DNA of 64,000 bases, taken from a virus. The position numbers were made by a program, and so were the translations under genes. The stretch spans positions 1 through 64,000 of the IMG/VR virus record IMGVR_UViG_3300032235_000428. One strand, given 5' to 3'. The notes below the pieces were generated by a model, which was given only the letters and a program-made list of their open reading frames with translations, did not search any database and had not been told where the DNA came from. The first letter of the stretch is position 1; every line of letters begins with the position of its first letter. Shown in pieces: positions 9,221-18,408 of this stretch.

Positions 9221-10264
9221 TTAGACTAACTCACACGCTTCTTTGTAAATACCTTGAATAAGTTTTTGAATAACATTCTTATCTAAGTTTGTTTCAAACT
9301 CTTCAACATATCTATTTAATATAGAAATTGTGTCTTCTGTTTCCAATTCTTCAATTTCAAAGTTTTCTTGGAAATTAAAATTTTCAATAATCTTTAATTC
9401 AAATATGTTTGATGCATATAACTTATCCAAAAATTTATCAAACTTTTTAGGATCTGTTTTTTTCTTAACGATAAGTTTTACTATTTTATTTTCATATGGA
9501 CGAGCATCAAATGTTTGATGATCACTATCATCATAAAAAATAGAATAAAACATTCTATATGGATTATCAATAGGAGTTAATTCTAATGTTTCAGTATCAA
9601 ATAAATGAAATCCCCTAGTGTCGTTATAATCATTTGAATATATTTCGTAAGGATTTCCTAGATAAAATATTGTGCCATCATTAGATCTGGTATGATAGTG
9701 TCCAGAAAATACCCTATCAAATTTCTGAAAAATACTACTATCATGTCCAGTAGTCATAGTGTGACCACGATATGCAGAAAATCCATTAAGTTCTAAATGC
9801 CCCATGGCAATTTTAGATTTACTATTTTTAATTACATCAAATGTATTATTTTGATTTTCCGAATTAATCCAAGGAATAAAAAGAATATTTTCTTTACCAA
9901 TCTTAATATGTTCAGGATTAGATATCACCCTGACATTCTTATACTCTCGTAGAAGTAAATCTACAGCATTAATATCATTCGTATTTTTATAATAAGCAGT
10001 ATGATTACCAACAACAGTGTAAACCGTACACCCCAGCGAATTTAATCTGTCGTAATAATTATTTTTTGCCCACGCAAGAGCAGAAAAATCAATACCCTTG
10101 CGACTATCAAATGTATCTCCCATGTCAATAACCGTAGTAATTCCTTCCCTTTCTAATGTGGGAAAAAATACATCATTATAAAAACTCAAAAAATAATCAT
10201 GGAATACTTTTGAGTTTTTACGTGCTCCAAAATGTTGGTCGGTTATTACAGCAACACGCATCAA
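9221..10264 (-). CDS. gp47: Recombination endonuclease subunit (gp47, Mre11/SbcD-like)
   Basis: TDQHFG, GDTFD, GNH, GHLE, SGHYH metallophosphoesterase motifs. Confidence 0.96.
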   Translation of the reverse strand: MMRVAVITDQHFGARKNSKVFHDYFLSFYNDVFFPTLEREGITTVIDMGDTFDSRKGIDFSALAWAKNNYYDRLNSLGCTVYTVVGNHTAYYKNTNDINAVDLLLREYKNVRVISNPEHIKIGKENILFIPWINSENQNNTFDVIKNSKSKIAMGHLELNGFSAYRGHTMTTGHDSSIFQKFDRVFSGHYHTRSNDGTIFYLGNPYEIYSNDYNDTRGFHLFDTETLELTPIDNPYRMFYSIFYDDSDHQTFDARPYENKIVKLIVKKKTDPKKFDKFLDKLYASNIFELKIIENFNFQENFEIEELETEDTISILNRYVEEFETNLDKNVIQKLIQGIYKEACELV

Positions 10265-10758
10265 TACCTCAGTTTAGAATGAACATTATCTTTGATACTA
10301 TTATAGTCAGAATAATTGCTTCCGTCAATAGTATTATCATCACAAAAAACTTCGTCAAATCCAGTCTTTTCTAGAATTTTATTCTTAATCTCTAACTGCT
10401 TTTTCTCTTTTTGAATTCTTCTCAGAAAAGCGTAGTGAATAATTTGAGTAAAATAAGCAAAAGGATTTTGAGATTTCTCTGGATTAAAATTATGAATATA
10501 TTGAACACAATTTTCAATACCATCAGAAATCATATCATCTTTGAAAATATAATTAACAAAGTTTGGTTTAAATGAAAGGTGAGTAGCAATCTTTAAAAAG
10601 CATTCACCCAGATAATTGGTAATCCTTGGTTTTGGGTCACCTCTCTCCTGTGCTTCTACAATTTCTTTTTTATACTGAATTAAAGCAGCAAGAAAGTCCT
10701 TATTATTAACGTAGTGTACTGACCTTTTTCTTTTAGTCATTGCTGAGGTGGTAATCAT
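10261..10758 (-). CDS. gp55: Late-transcription sigma factor (gp55)
   Basis: HYVNNKDF, YLGECFLKIATHLSFKPNF, NPFAYFTQIIHYAFLRRIQKEKKQ. Confidence 0.97.
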   Translation of the reverse strand: MITTSAMTKRKRSVHYVNNKDFLAALIQYKKEIVEAQERGDPKPRITNYLGECFLKIATHLSFKPNFVNYIFKDDMISDGIENCVQYIHNFNPEKSQNPFAYFTQIIHYAFLRRIQKEKKQLEIKNKILEKTGFDEVFCDDNTIDGSNYSDYNSIKDNVHSKLRY

Positions 10759-10784
10759 TAGAATCTATAATGTAATATGTAGAC

Positions 10785-10813
10785 ATTATAACACTTTAAT
10801 CCCCAAATCACAA
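10785..10813 (-). promoter_or_regulatory. Sigma70-like promoter for gp55-gp47-gp46
   Basis: TTGTGA-17 nt-TATAAT with TGn extension on the minus strand. Confidence 0.65.
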
Positions 10814-10817
10814 ATGC

Positions 10818-10847
10818 TTGACACAACCAGCAGTATTTCGCTATAAT
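10818..10847 (+). promoter_or_regulatory. Consensus sigma70 promoter pointing antisense into the uvsW operon end
   Basis: TTGACA (10818-10823), 18 nt, TATAAT (10842-10847) on the plus strand; no plus-strand gene follows. Confidence 0.65.
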
Positions 10848-10875
10848 AGGTTTGTTCCCTTTGGAAACTATAATA

Positions 10876-11274
10876 TTAGCTATTATTAAATAGTTTCTCT
10901 AATATCTCTTTAGCATCATTTATATTAGATATATAACCCATTTTACGATTTATCTTTCTTCTAGTACCTGAAGAGCTACTAAAATCTGTAGTGTTTCTAA
11001 TATAACTTTGATACATTGATATCATTTGGATATTTTTAGATTCACTTAGTGTTAATATATCATTCATATTTAATATAAAGATATCTTCTTTACTAGTCTT
11101 TAACCATTGTTCAAGCTTATATCCAGTACCACTTCTGGTTTTTACTTCTGATACAGTTACAGGATTAGTAATTAAAAGTAATGTTTCACCATTTTCATCA
11201 GATGGTGCTACTTTGGCAAAGATCTCTTCACCTGTTTTTAATTTTACTGTGGCATAAAAATCGTCTTCTATCAT
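10876..11274 (-). CDS. Conserved T4-like cyanophage protein (Sm-like fold suspected)
   Basis: FYATVKLKTGEEIFAKV and KMGYISNINDAKEILEKLF; usual position between uvsW and gp55. Confidence 0.75.
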   Translation of the reverse strand: MIEDDFYATVKLKTGEEIFAKVAPSDENGETLLLITNPVTVSEVKTRSGTGYKLEQWLKTSKEDIFILNMNDILTLSESKNIQMISMYQSYIRNTTDFSSSSGTRRKINRKMGYISNINDAKEILEKLFNNS

Positions 11275-12743
11275 GTTTTTAAATTAATAGTAATTATTTC
11301 GTAATTAAATTTTTCTTCATTATAAATTTTAATTCTTTCAATTAAATGATTTAATGTATAATTTTTTCTTGACTTGTGAGTACAATCATCAGCAATATCA
11401 TAAAGCATTGCTTTTGTTTTGTTTTTTCCCTTTCTAAGAACCCTTCCAATACTTTGTAAATTACGTATTCTAGATTTGCTTGGTGATGCAAATACTACAT
11501 TGTGAAGGTTTCTAATATTTATTCCTGTAGAAAATACACCATAAGAAGCAATAATTATAGCATTTTCTTGTGCCTCAGTAATTTCTCTTACACGTTCTCT
11601 TTCAGCAGTATCAATTCCACCATGAACAAAAAATACTTTGCGACCAGATTGTTTACAATTATCAATTAATTCAAATAATGGTTTACCATGAGATTCAACT
11701 CTAGAAAATAATATTAAAGTATTACCCTTTAAATCTAAAACTAAATTTTTAATAAAATTATTTCTTTTATCATGTGTTATAATAAATTGAACCTCATCTT
11801 CATAAGTTTCAAAAGTCTGAGGAGTATGCTTTAATACAAGACATCTAATATCTAATTTAGATACATGCCCCTTCTCCATTAATTCTGCAGTTCTAGTAAC
11901 TTTATAAGATGGTCCAAATAATCCTTCAAGAACCCATTTATGAGTTTGAGTACCATCTAAAGTTCCAGTAAAACCAAATCTATACTTGGCATGATGTAAT
12001 TTTGTCATTATACTAATGAGGGATTTACTTTTGAATAAGTGTGCCTCATCACCAACTACCACATCAAAGTCTTCAAAAAATCCTCTTTCTAAATTGTAAA
12101 TAGATTGCCATGTAGTAATAGTTACATTGGCATTATTAGTCTTTTCCCTACCAGAATAAATTTTATGGCAATACGATGACGCATCCCAACCATAATCCTC
12201 AAAATCTTTGTACATCTGCTCTACAAGAGATGTCGTTGGAACGACTAAGAGAATTTTTTGTCCTTTGTCTACATAGTACCTCACTAATGAATAAATCATC
12301 AGAGATTTGCCAGATGCAGTGGGGCTTATCAATAATCTTCTATTATGTTTTAAAGCATCGTATACTCCATCAATCTGATAATCTCTCGGAGAATGAGAGC
12401 AAATAGATTTCATATAATCTTTTACACCCTCATATGAAATACCTTCGTTTACTTCAAAAGGTAATCCATAGAATTTATTATCTTCAAATTTGTAGTTGTA
12501 ATTATAATTGTTACAGAAGGAGACGAGTTTATCAAGCAGACCTACGTAGAGTTGTTTGGTCCGCATATCAAATAAATGTATTTCTCCATTCCAATTCTTA
12601 CCTCTATATTGAGGCATGAATTTTGCATTGGGTACTTCAAATTTAAAGTAATCCCTTAATTCATACTCAATATGAGGTTCACATTGTATCTTTAAAAATA
12701 CTTCGTTAGACTTTGAAATTAATAAGTCAAATTTATCAACCAT
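11271..12743 (-). CDS. uvsW: UvsW RNA-DNA/DNA-DNA helicase
   Basis: PRDYQ, SPTASGKS, GDEAH, GFTGT, FSTGINI, QSIGRVLR. Confidence 0.96.
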   Translation of the reverse strand: MVDKFDLLISKSNEVFLKIQCEPHIEYELRDYFKFEVPNAKFMPQYRGKNWNGEIHLFDMRTKQLYVGLLDKLVSFCNNYNYNYKFEDNKFYGLPFEVNEGISYEGVKDYMKSICSHSPRDYQIDGVYDALKHNRRLLISPTASGKSLMIYSLVRYYVDKGQKILLVVPTTSLVEQMYKDFEDYGWDASSYCHKIYSGREKTNNANVTITTWQSIYNLERGFFEDFDVVVGDEAHLFKSKSLISIMTKLHHAKYRFGFTGTLDGTQTHKWVLEGLFGPSYKVTRTAELMEKGHVSKLDIRCLVLKHTPQTFETYEDEVQFIITHDKRNNFIKNLVLDLKGNTLILFSRVESHGKPLFELIDNCKQSGRKVFFVHGGIDTAERERVREITEAQENAIIIASYGVFSTGINIRNLHNVVFASPSKSRIRNLQSIGRVLRKGKNKTKAMLYDIADDCTHKSRKNYTLNHLIERIKIYNEEKFNYEIITINLKT

Positions 12744-13173
12744 ATCCTGCCTGGAATTTTATAAATTCGATGGCATTCTTAATTTGGTAAGTTCTGTTTT
12801 GAATAACCTTAAGAATACTCTCTAAGTAATTTAGGATAGTTTCATAGTAGTCTATTTTTAGACATACCTGAGACAATTTTTCATCGGCATCCAAATACTT
12901 TTGTAGAGTATCTTTGTCCCTTATTTTTTTGGGAAATGGATTTTCGATATAAACTTCTGGATCTGCTTTGCCTGTAAAATATTCGTAGCGTTCGTGCCTA
13001 ATATTCTTTTTTTGTTGCTCTGCTTTCTTTTTTAAAAGAACGATATTATTGTAAATATCAAAATATTTAGCATGTAAAATTGGGATGTTTGTAGATTCTG
13101 TGTGAAGATTATCCATATCAATTTTGGCATCTTCTTCCCACATTTTTTGTATCATGTCAAGATCAATAATCAT
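12736..13173 (-). CDS. uvsY: UvsY recombination mediator
   Basis: LHAKY, YEYFTGKADPEVY, RTYQIKNAIEF. Confidence 0.9.
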   Translation of the reverse strand: MIIDLDMIQKMWEEDAKIDMDNLHTESTNIPILHAKYFDIYNNIVLLKKKAEQQKKNIRHERYEYFTGKADPEVYIENPFPKKIRDKDTLQKYLDADEKLSQVCLKIDYYETILNYLESILKVIQNRTYQIKNAIEFIKFQAGYG

Positions 13174-13733
13174 AAAGGATTTCCTTTCCTGTCTACAATA
13201 TTGTACATAGTATACTTGAAAGAAACTTCAGAAGTAAAGTATTCTTCATCTGGATTTGTGGCATCAAAGGATAATGATGATAAAGTATAAGGAAACATGT
13301 CCCTAAATATCACTTCAAATTGAACATTATTACTACTATTCAATACTTGTAAAGTTCCATCAGAATAGATATTCATTTCTGGAGTTATCTTATTATTGAC
13401 TATCGGTGGATTTTTCTGCAAATTATAAATTTCTGTTAAACTTTCTGGAAATCCCAATCCTCGCATCCAATTTTGTATCTGCATATAGTTCTCTAGATTT
13501 TCATCTACTATAAATTTCAAATTAAAATCATCAAATTCCATTTTATCCCCTGGGATTGGAATATCTCTCAAATAGTTTGGTTGGTTTGCTATACCTAAGG
13601 TAATCCCAGGTATATCTGCAGCATTTGAGAAAAATGAAACTTTTCTGGCTCTATTTAATGTAAATTTAAATCTAACCGATGATAAAAAATTTCTATTTTG
13701 TATCTGATTACTAAATGCATTACCTGTTGCCAT
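13170..13733 (-). CDS. gp3: Tail tube terminator / tail completion protein (gp3)
   Basis: NRNFLSSVRFKF, IPGITLG, FIVDENLENY, FPYTLSSLSFDA. Confidence 0.9.
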   Translation of the reverse strand: MATGNAFSNQIQNRNFLSSVRFKFTLNRARKVSFFSNAADIPGITLGIANQPNYLRDIPIPGDKMEFDDFNLKFIVDENLENYMQIQNWMRGLGFPESLTEIYNLQKNPPIVNNKITPEMNIYSDGTLQVLNSSNNVQFEVIFRDMFPYTLSSLSFDATNPDEEYFTSEVSFKYTMYNIVDRKGNPL

Positions 13734-13745
13734 TTTGGTACTATC

Positions 13746-14582
13746 CTAAAAATAATTTTTTAACTTTTCTATAAAATAAAGTCCAATATTTTCATATTGC
13801 TCTTTTGTTGGGTGGAAACTATATGGATTTAATATTTTATTTCTTACTGCATAAAAGAAAAAATTAGCATTATTAAAAGATTCATAACTTAATTCATCTT
13901 CTGATAAAATTTGTGGGTTATTTTTTAAATGTAGATCGCACAAATAATATAAAATATCTCTTTTATCTTTATCATATTCTATTAAATTTTTTATTTTTGA
14001 TGTATACTTATGACTATTAAATGTATCAAACCAAATTACTGGTATATTATTAAGATTAAAAAATTGATTCCAAAATAGTACTTCTTTTGTTAATTCATTA
14101 ACTTCATTTTCATAATTGTATGAACATTTATTTATTGTCATCGCCAATCTATCACTATCAAAAATATCTTTTAATCTACTAAAAATTTCCCTAATAGAAC
14201 CTTTGTGTCTATCCTGATTTAAATAGATATCGCAAAATTTATTTTCATCCTCACACCACATATACACTCTTTCTGTTGTAGTTAAACCCCACAAAACAAC
14301 TATATTATCATAGTCAGATTTCAATTTTTTCCATTCATCACTAATAAAAAAATTTCTTGCAGTTTTAAATTGTCTTAAATTACTACTACCACCAACAGAA
14401 AAATTTAAACCTTTTATATCAAAATGTTCTAAAACTAGTTTTCTCCAGGAATTTTCATAACATAATTCATGGGACCATCGTATATTTTCAGTATAATAAC
14501 TTTCACTCATCCCTTCTTTGTACCCAGCACCTATACCATAAGTCCAACTACATCCAAAGGTTATTAATAAAGATTTTTTCAT
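13746..14582 (-). CDS. SGNH/GDSL-like hydrolase (start revised to MKKSLL at 14582)
   Basis: FGCSWTYG (block I), NFSVGGSSN (block II), C-terminal SFHPT. The longer listed start crosses the gp23 terminator and a late promoter. Confidence 0.65.
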   Translation of the reverse strand: MKKSLLITFGCSWTYGIGAGYKEGMSESYYTENIRWSHELCYENSWRKLVLEHFDIKGLNFSVGGSSNLRQFKTARNFFISDEWKKLKSDYDNIVVLWGLTTTERVYMWCEDENKFCDIYLNQDRHKGSIREIFSRLKDIFDSDRLAMTINKCSYNYENEVNELTKEVLFWNQFFNLNNIPVIWFDTFNSHKYTSKIKNLIEYDKDKRDILYYLCDLHLKNNPQILSEDELSYESFNNANFFFYAVRNKILNPYSFHPTKEQYENIGLYFIEKLKNYF

Positions 14583-14602
14583 TATATTATTGTAATAAAA
14601 AT

Positions 14603-14610
14603 TATTTATT
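14603..14610 (-). promoter_or_regulatory. T4-type late promoter AATAAATA
   Basis: Immediately after the gp23 terminator, about 20 nt before the SGNH start. Confidence 0.7.
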
Positions 14611-14637
14611 AAAAAAGGGGGGCCTTTTGGACCCCCC
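14611..14637 (-). terminator. Rho-independent terminator after gp23
   Basis: GGGGGGTCC-AAAA-GGCCCCCC-TTTTTT. Confidence 0.85.
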
Positions 14638-14659
14638 GAATAAACGATGTAACCAGATA

Positions 14660-16069
14660 TCACATGAGGTTCTTGATTTGAACTCTTCTGTAGTAACGGT
14701 TTGCGTTAACTTGAAGTCTGCCGAGACCTTGAGTGGTTCCTTCAGCAAATGGGTTAGCAACAAGACCGTATCTGGTCTTAAAGCCAATCTTAGGCTGGAA
14801 GGTGTTCTCACCAACGGCACGAACCATTTGGAGAGGAACGTAAGGGCAATAGAACAGACCTGCATCATAAGGGGAAGAACCCTTATAACCAACAACGTAG
14901 TACTGGTTAGCAGATACGTTTGCCGAATAAGGATCGATATATACGCGGAACTTGCCGAGTAGAACACCAGCGAAGGTGTTACCAGTGTCATCAACGTTGA
15001 GGTTTGCGTTCAGAGCAGGGGTGTAATCGAGAACACCAGCCATGCTGAGAGCAGATGCAACGTCAGCAGAACACATGATAACATTACCCTTTCCTCTACG
15101 AGTTCTTTGTGCGATTGCGTTAGCATCGCGCTCGATTTGGAAGAGTAGACCTTTGAACTTCTCAACTGACCAACGACCGTTTGAATCAACGTCTAGGTCA
15201 AATACACCAGCGGTAGCAGTATTTGCTGCAGCACCTTGCTCAGCGACCTTGTAGATCGTTCTGATGACTTCTCTGTTGATTTCTGCGAGGATCTCAGTGG
15301 AGAGAATGTTAGCAAGTTCTGCTTCTGCGTTTAGACCGTGGATAGCCTTGAGGTCTTGAGCGAGTTCTAGTGAGTACTCAGCTTTCAGTGCTCTTGACTT
15401 TGCTTCAACGAGAACTTTCTCGATAGAGAATGCCATTTCGTTGAACTGGTTTGCACCACCGTTACCGAGATTCTCAGAATCTCCAGTATACATGCCCTGA
15501 CCAACGTTGTAACCATCGGAACCAGTGGATGCACCAGTACCAACAGGGTTAAGAAGACCTGGGTTTGAACCATACTGAGTAGTAGTACCCATACCAGCAG
15601 CAACGTTAGTTGCAGCGGTGAGACCAATACCAGAATTCTGACCAGAGAATGCGGTGTCTGCTTCGTTGAAGAGTGCTTCGGTTCCCGACTGATTGTTGTA
15701 ACGAGAACGCATTGCGAAGATAAGTCCAGTAGGACCACTCATTGGTTGAACGCCAGCGAGGTCGTATGCGACCAAGTTAGGCATTGAACGTCTGATCAAT
15801 GAAATTAGCACAGGGTCGAAACCTGCTACAGGACCACCTGCAGCGGCGGAACCTGAGAAACCACCTGAAGCACCAGCAGCATTACCTGCATTGGTTGGGG
15901 TTTCCATGAGAACGCCGCTTGAGAAAGCTTGCTGTTCTCTTAAGAATTTTTCTTGGTTTTCTAACAGGACTGCGGTTACAGCTCTTCTATGCGAATCTTT
16001 GATAGGATCAAGACCATCATAGTCGAGAAGTGGTGCCCACTTTTCCTGCAGATGCTCGGATTGGAACAT
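14660..16069 (-). CDS. gp23: Major capsid protein (gp23)
   Basis: LQEKWAPLL, GFDPVLISLIRR, GVQPMSGPTGLIFAMR, KSRALKAEYSLELAQDLKAIHGL, QPKIGFKTRYG. Confidence 0.99.
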   Translation of the reverse strand: MFQSEHLQEKWAPLLDYDGLDPIKDSHRRAVTAVLLENQEKFLREQQAFSSGVLMETPTNAGNAAGASGGFSGSAAAGGPVAGFDPVLISLIRRSMPNLVAYDLAGVQPMSGPTGLIFAMRSRYNNQSGTEALFNEADTAFSGQNSGIGLTAATNVAAGMGTTTQYGSNPGLLNPVGTGASTGSDGYNVGQGMYTGDSENLGNGGANQFNEMAFSIEKVLVEAKSRALKAEYSLELAQDLKAIHGLNAEAELANILSTEILAEINREVIRTIYKVAEQGAAANTATAGVFDLDVDSNGRWSVEKFKGLLFQIERDANAIAQRTRRGKGNVIMCSADVASALSMAGVLDYTPALNANLNVDDTGNTFAGVLLGKFRVYIDPYSANVSANQYYVVGYKGSSPYDAGLFYCPYVPLQMVRAVGENTFQPKIGFKTRYGLVANPFAEGTTQGLGRLQVNANRYYRRVQIKNLM

Positions 16070-16121
16070 TTGCTTTTACCTTTTACTAAGTGTGTTTGTT
16101 TTTATTTGAATAATATTAAGT

Positions 16122-17357
16122 TCACTTTTTAGCAACTGCTGAAAGAGTTCTCAGGTAAGCATTCATTGAATCTGAGTGATACTCAGTTGCAACGTCTACT
16201 CCTTCAGAAAGTGTTTCAGTTTGTGCCTGTTGAGATGTGGATCTTGAAGGAAAATATGATTCCTTCAGGGTCTCTAGTTTCTCACGATATTCTGCATCAC
16301 CTTCAAACTCAACACTTTCGGCAAGTGAAGCGAGCTTCTCTTTCTGAGAAAGTGCTAGACCCTCAGAAATGTCATCAAAGATTCCTTGTGCAACCGACTC
16401 TGAGAGACGCTTGTTTAGGGAGATATTCTTTTCGATTTGCTCGTTGAGTTTTGTCTCCATTTCATCAAGTTTTTCTACCATACTCTCTAGTACATCGTAT
16501 TTATCTTCAGGGATTGATACATAATGCTCTTCAAAAAGACCTCTCATTCCTTGTAGGAATGATTCGGTCATCTCGGACTTAAGACCATGCTCAATAGCAA
16601 GCTCGTTCTCCGAGATCCATTCTTCAGCGACGTATTCTAGATAAGCATCAACTCTCTCTTCAAGAGCGAGTTTAATTTCTTCAACTTCTTCAATAAGTCT
16701 TTCTTCGTACTGAACTTCAAGGGATTCCTTGACTTCAGACACTTTTGATCTGAGTGCAGCTTCAAAAATAGTACGTGCCTTTTCTTGAAACTCTTCGGAT
16801 AGTTCTTCACCTTCTAGAAGAGCATTGACATCTTCTTCGATGTCATACTCCTCCTTCTTCATTTTCTCATCTTCATCCTCATCCTCATCTTCCTCATCTT
16901 CACCTTCTTCATCCTCTTCATCCTCTTCATCCTTTTTGGATGCTTCGGAAACGATTTCCTCTTCAGTCTCTTCTTCAGTATCTACTTCTTCAGTATCTAC
17001 TTCTTCATCATCAGTCTCTTCTTGTACAAGATCCTGATCTTCTAATTCTTCTTCTTCTTTAACTGCTTGGCTCTTTTTCAGACCCTTCATTGGATCTGCA
17101 GCCTTTGCACCTTTGTTGACTACATTCCTAACTTGCTGCAGTGTTTTACCAGGGGTCTTTAATTCTGCAGAGCTATCGTCGGAACGATAGTTCTCTGGAG
17201 TAGGACCACCAAGATCTTCCCAGCTACCAGTCTGACCAGCAACTGCTCCAGGTGCTAGCTTCTGCATTGCATCCCCTGCCTTTGCTCCAGCATTGACAGC
17301 GGTTCTGGATTGCTTAGTGCCTGCTTCCATTTCTTGTAAATTTTTACCACGAGACAT
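16122..17357 (-). CDS. gp22: Prohead core scaffolding protein (gp22)
   Basis: ELSEEFQEKARTIFEAAL, VDAYLEYV, KLETLKESYF; acidic linker; between gp21 and gp23. Confidence 0.93.
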   Translation of the reverse strand: MSRGKNLQEMEAGTKQSRTAVNAGAKAGDAMQKLAPGAVAGQTGSWEDLGGPTPENYRSDDSSAELKTPGKTLQQVRNVVNKGAKAADPMKGLKKSQAVKEEEELEDQDLVQEETDDEEVDTEEVDTEEETEEEIVSEASKKDEEDEEDEEGEDEEDEDEDEDEKMKKEEYDIEEDVNALLEGEELSEEFQEKARTIFEAALRSKVSEVKESLEVQYEERLIEEVEEIKLALEERVDAYLEYVAEEWISENELAIEHGLKSEMTESFLQGMRGLFEEHYVSIPEDKYDVLESMVEKLDEMETKLNEQIEKNISLNKRLSESVAQGIFDDISEGLALSQKEKLASLAESVEFEGDAEYREKLETLKESYFPSRSTSQQAQTETLSEGVDVATEYHSDSMNAYLRTLSAVAKK

Positions 17358-17391
17358 TTGAACTCTCCGATTAACCTTGAAATTTAATCTA

Positions 17392-17399
17392 TATTTATT
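17392..17399 (-). promoter_or_regulatory. Late promoter AATAAATA (gp22-gp23)
   Basis: Intergenic, upstream of a GGAG RBS. Confidence 0.75.
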
Positions 17400-17430
17400 T
17401 ATTAAATTAAATAATTTTACTTTATATATA

Positions 17431-18081
17431 TCAGAGTGAATTCAGGAAATTATTGAACAATTCAATCTTATGCTCTTCTAATCTTCTTTGATTCACTAAA
17501 GTATTAACTCTTTTTTTGGCATTTTCAGCGAGTTTTTCGCGGAGAACACCACCATCCCAAATCCACTCTTTACCTTCCATAATTCCCTGAACAAAAGCAT
17601 CAGGGGCAGAAGGGTCGGCAACAATATCAGCGGCAGTTGCGAGCATGAAGTCTTCACCAACTTCCTTATAACCTTTATTATTTTCTCTTAAGGAACCAAT
17701 ACCACGAGACGAAACGCCGAGAGTTACTCCATCTTTAAGAAGTGCTTCGGCAATCTTACCCATAGGAGTGTGTAAGATTTGTGCTTTTCCGATAAAGTTA
17801 TTTCCGTTCTGTTTGAGTTCAGTAATTTTATGTGAAACTCTATCGAGATTTACGGTGGGACCATCTGGGTGTCCTAACTCCCCAAGTGCTCTACCCTTAT
17901 TAACATAATCGTTAGTATATCTCTTTACTTCTCTTTCCATAATAGAGAAAGGATACATTCTTCCATTACGATTTACCATCTCGCTTTGGAGGAATACACC
18001 TTGGATATACATTTGTTTTTTACCACCGACACTTTCGGTGATAACTTCAACCTTTTCGATTTCTTCTCTGATGAGTTTCAT
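17431..18081 (-). CDS. gp21: Prohead protease (gp21)
   Basis: NRNGRMYP, ALGELGHP, GVSSRGIGS, DIVADPSAPDAFV. Confidence 0.97.
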   Translation of the reverse strand: MKLIREEIEKVEVITESVGGKKQMYIQGVFLQSEMVNRNGRMYPFSIMEREVKRYTNDYVNKGRALGELGHPDGPTVNLDRVSHKITELKQNGNNFIGKAQILHTPMGKIAEALLKDGVTLGVSSRGIGSLRENNKGYKEVGEDFMLATAADIVADPSAPDAFVQGIMEGKEWIWDGGVLREKLAENAKKRVNTLVNQRRLEEHKIELFNNFLNSL

Positions 18082-18085
18082 AAGT

Positions 18086-18352
18086 TTAGTTGGTAAGTCC
18101 TACTTTTGCTGCTTTAATTGCTGAAGATGTCCAGAGAACATCTGTGGGAAGTTTTTCTAAGAATTCAACTGAACTTGCTGGCATAGAAAAATAATTAGTA
18201 GTTGCTGCACCAACTAAAGTTGATACTCCAACCGTTATTATTCCACTAGTATTATTGTGAAGACGAACGCAAGTTGCACTACCAATGCTAGTAGCAGCAC
18301 CTGCAGTTATTCCTGTAGAAACCTCAGTTTCAATTATTTTAGTTCTTTGCAT
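18086..18352 (-). CDS. Conserved small late protein upstream of gp21
   Basis: 88 aa with its own TATAAATA promoter; ATCVRLHN...VEFLEK...AAKVG pattern. Confidence 0.75.
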   Translation of the reverse strand: MQRTKIIETEVSTGITAGAATSIGSATCVRLHNNTSGIITVGVSTLVGAATTNYFSMPASSVEFLEKLPTDVLWTSSAIKAAKVGLTN

Positions 18353-18376
18353 TGGTATAATAAAGACTTTATTAGT

Positions 18377-18384
18377 TATTTATA
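18377..18384 (-). promoter_or_regulatory. Late promoter TATAAATA
   Basis: Exact T4 late consensus followed by ACTAATAA. Confidence 0.8.
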
Positions 18385-18408
18385 AATCTCTGTCACCCAT
18401 CATATTAT

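Noticed and set aside
14583-14663. N-terminal extension of the 305 aa ORF given in the track
   Set aside because: It spans the gp23 terminator and a late promoter; the ATG at 14582 fits better.
16825-17060. Poly-Ser plus-strand ORF / GAA-GAT microsatellite
   Set aside because: It is the reverse complement of the ordinary acidic linker of gp22.
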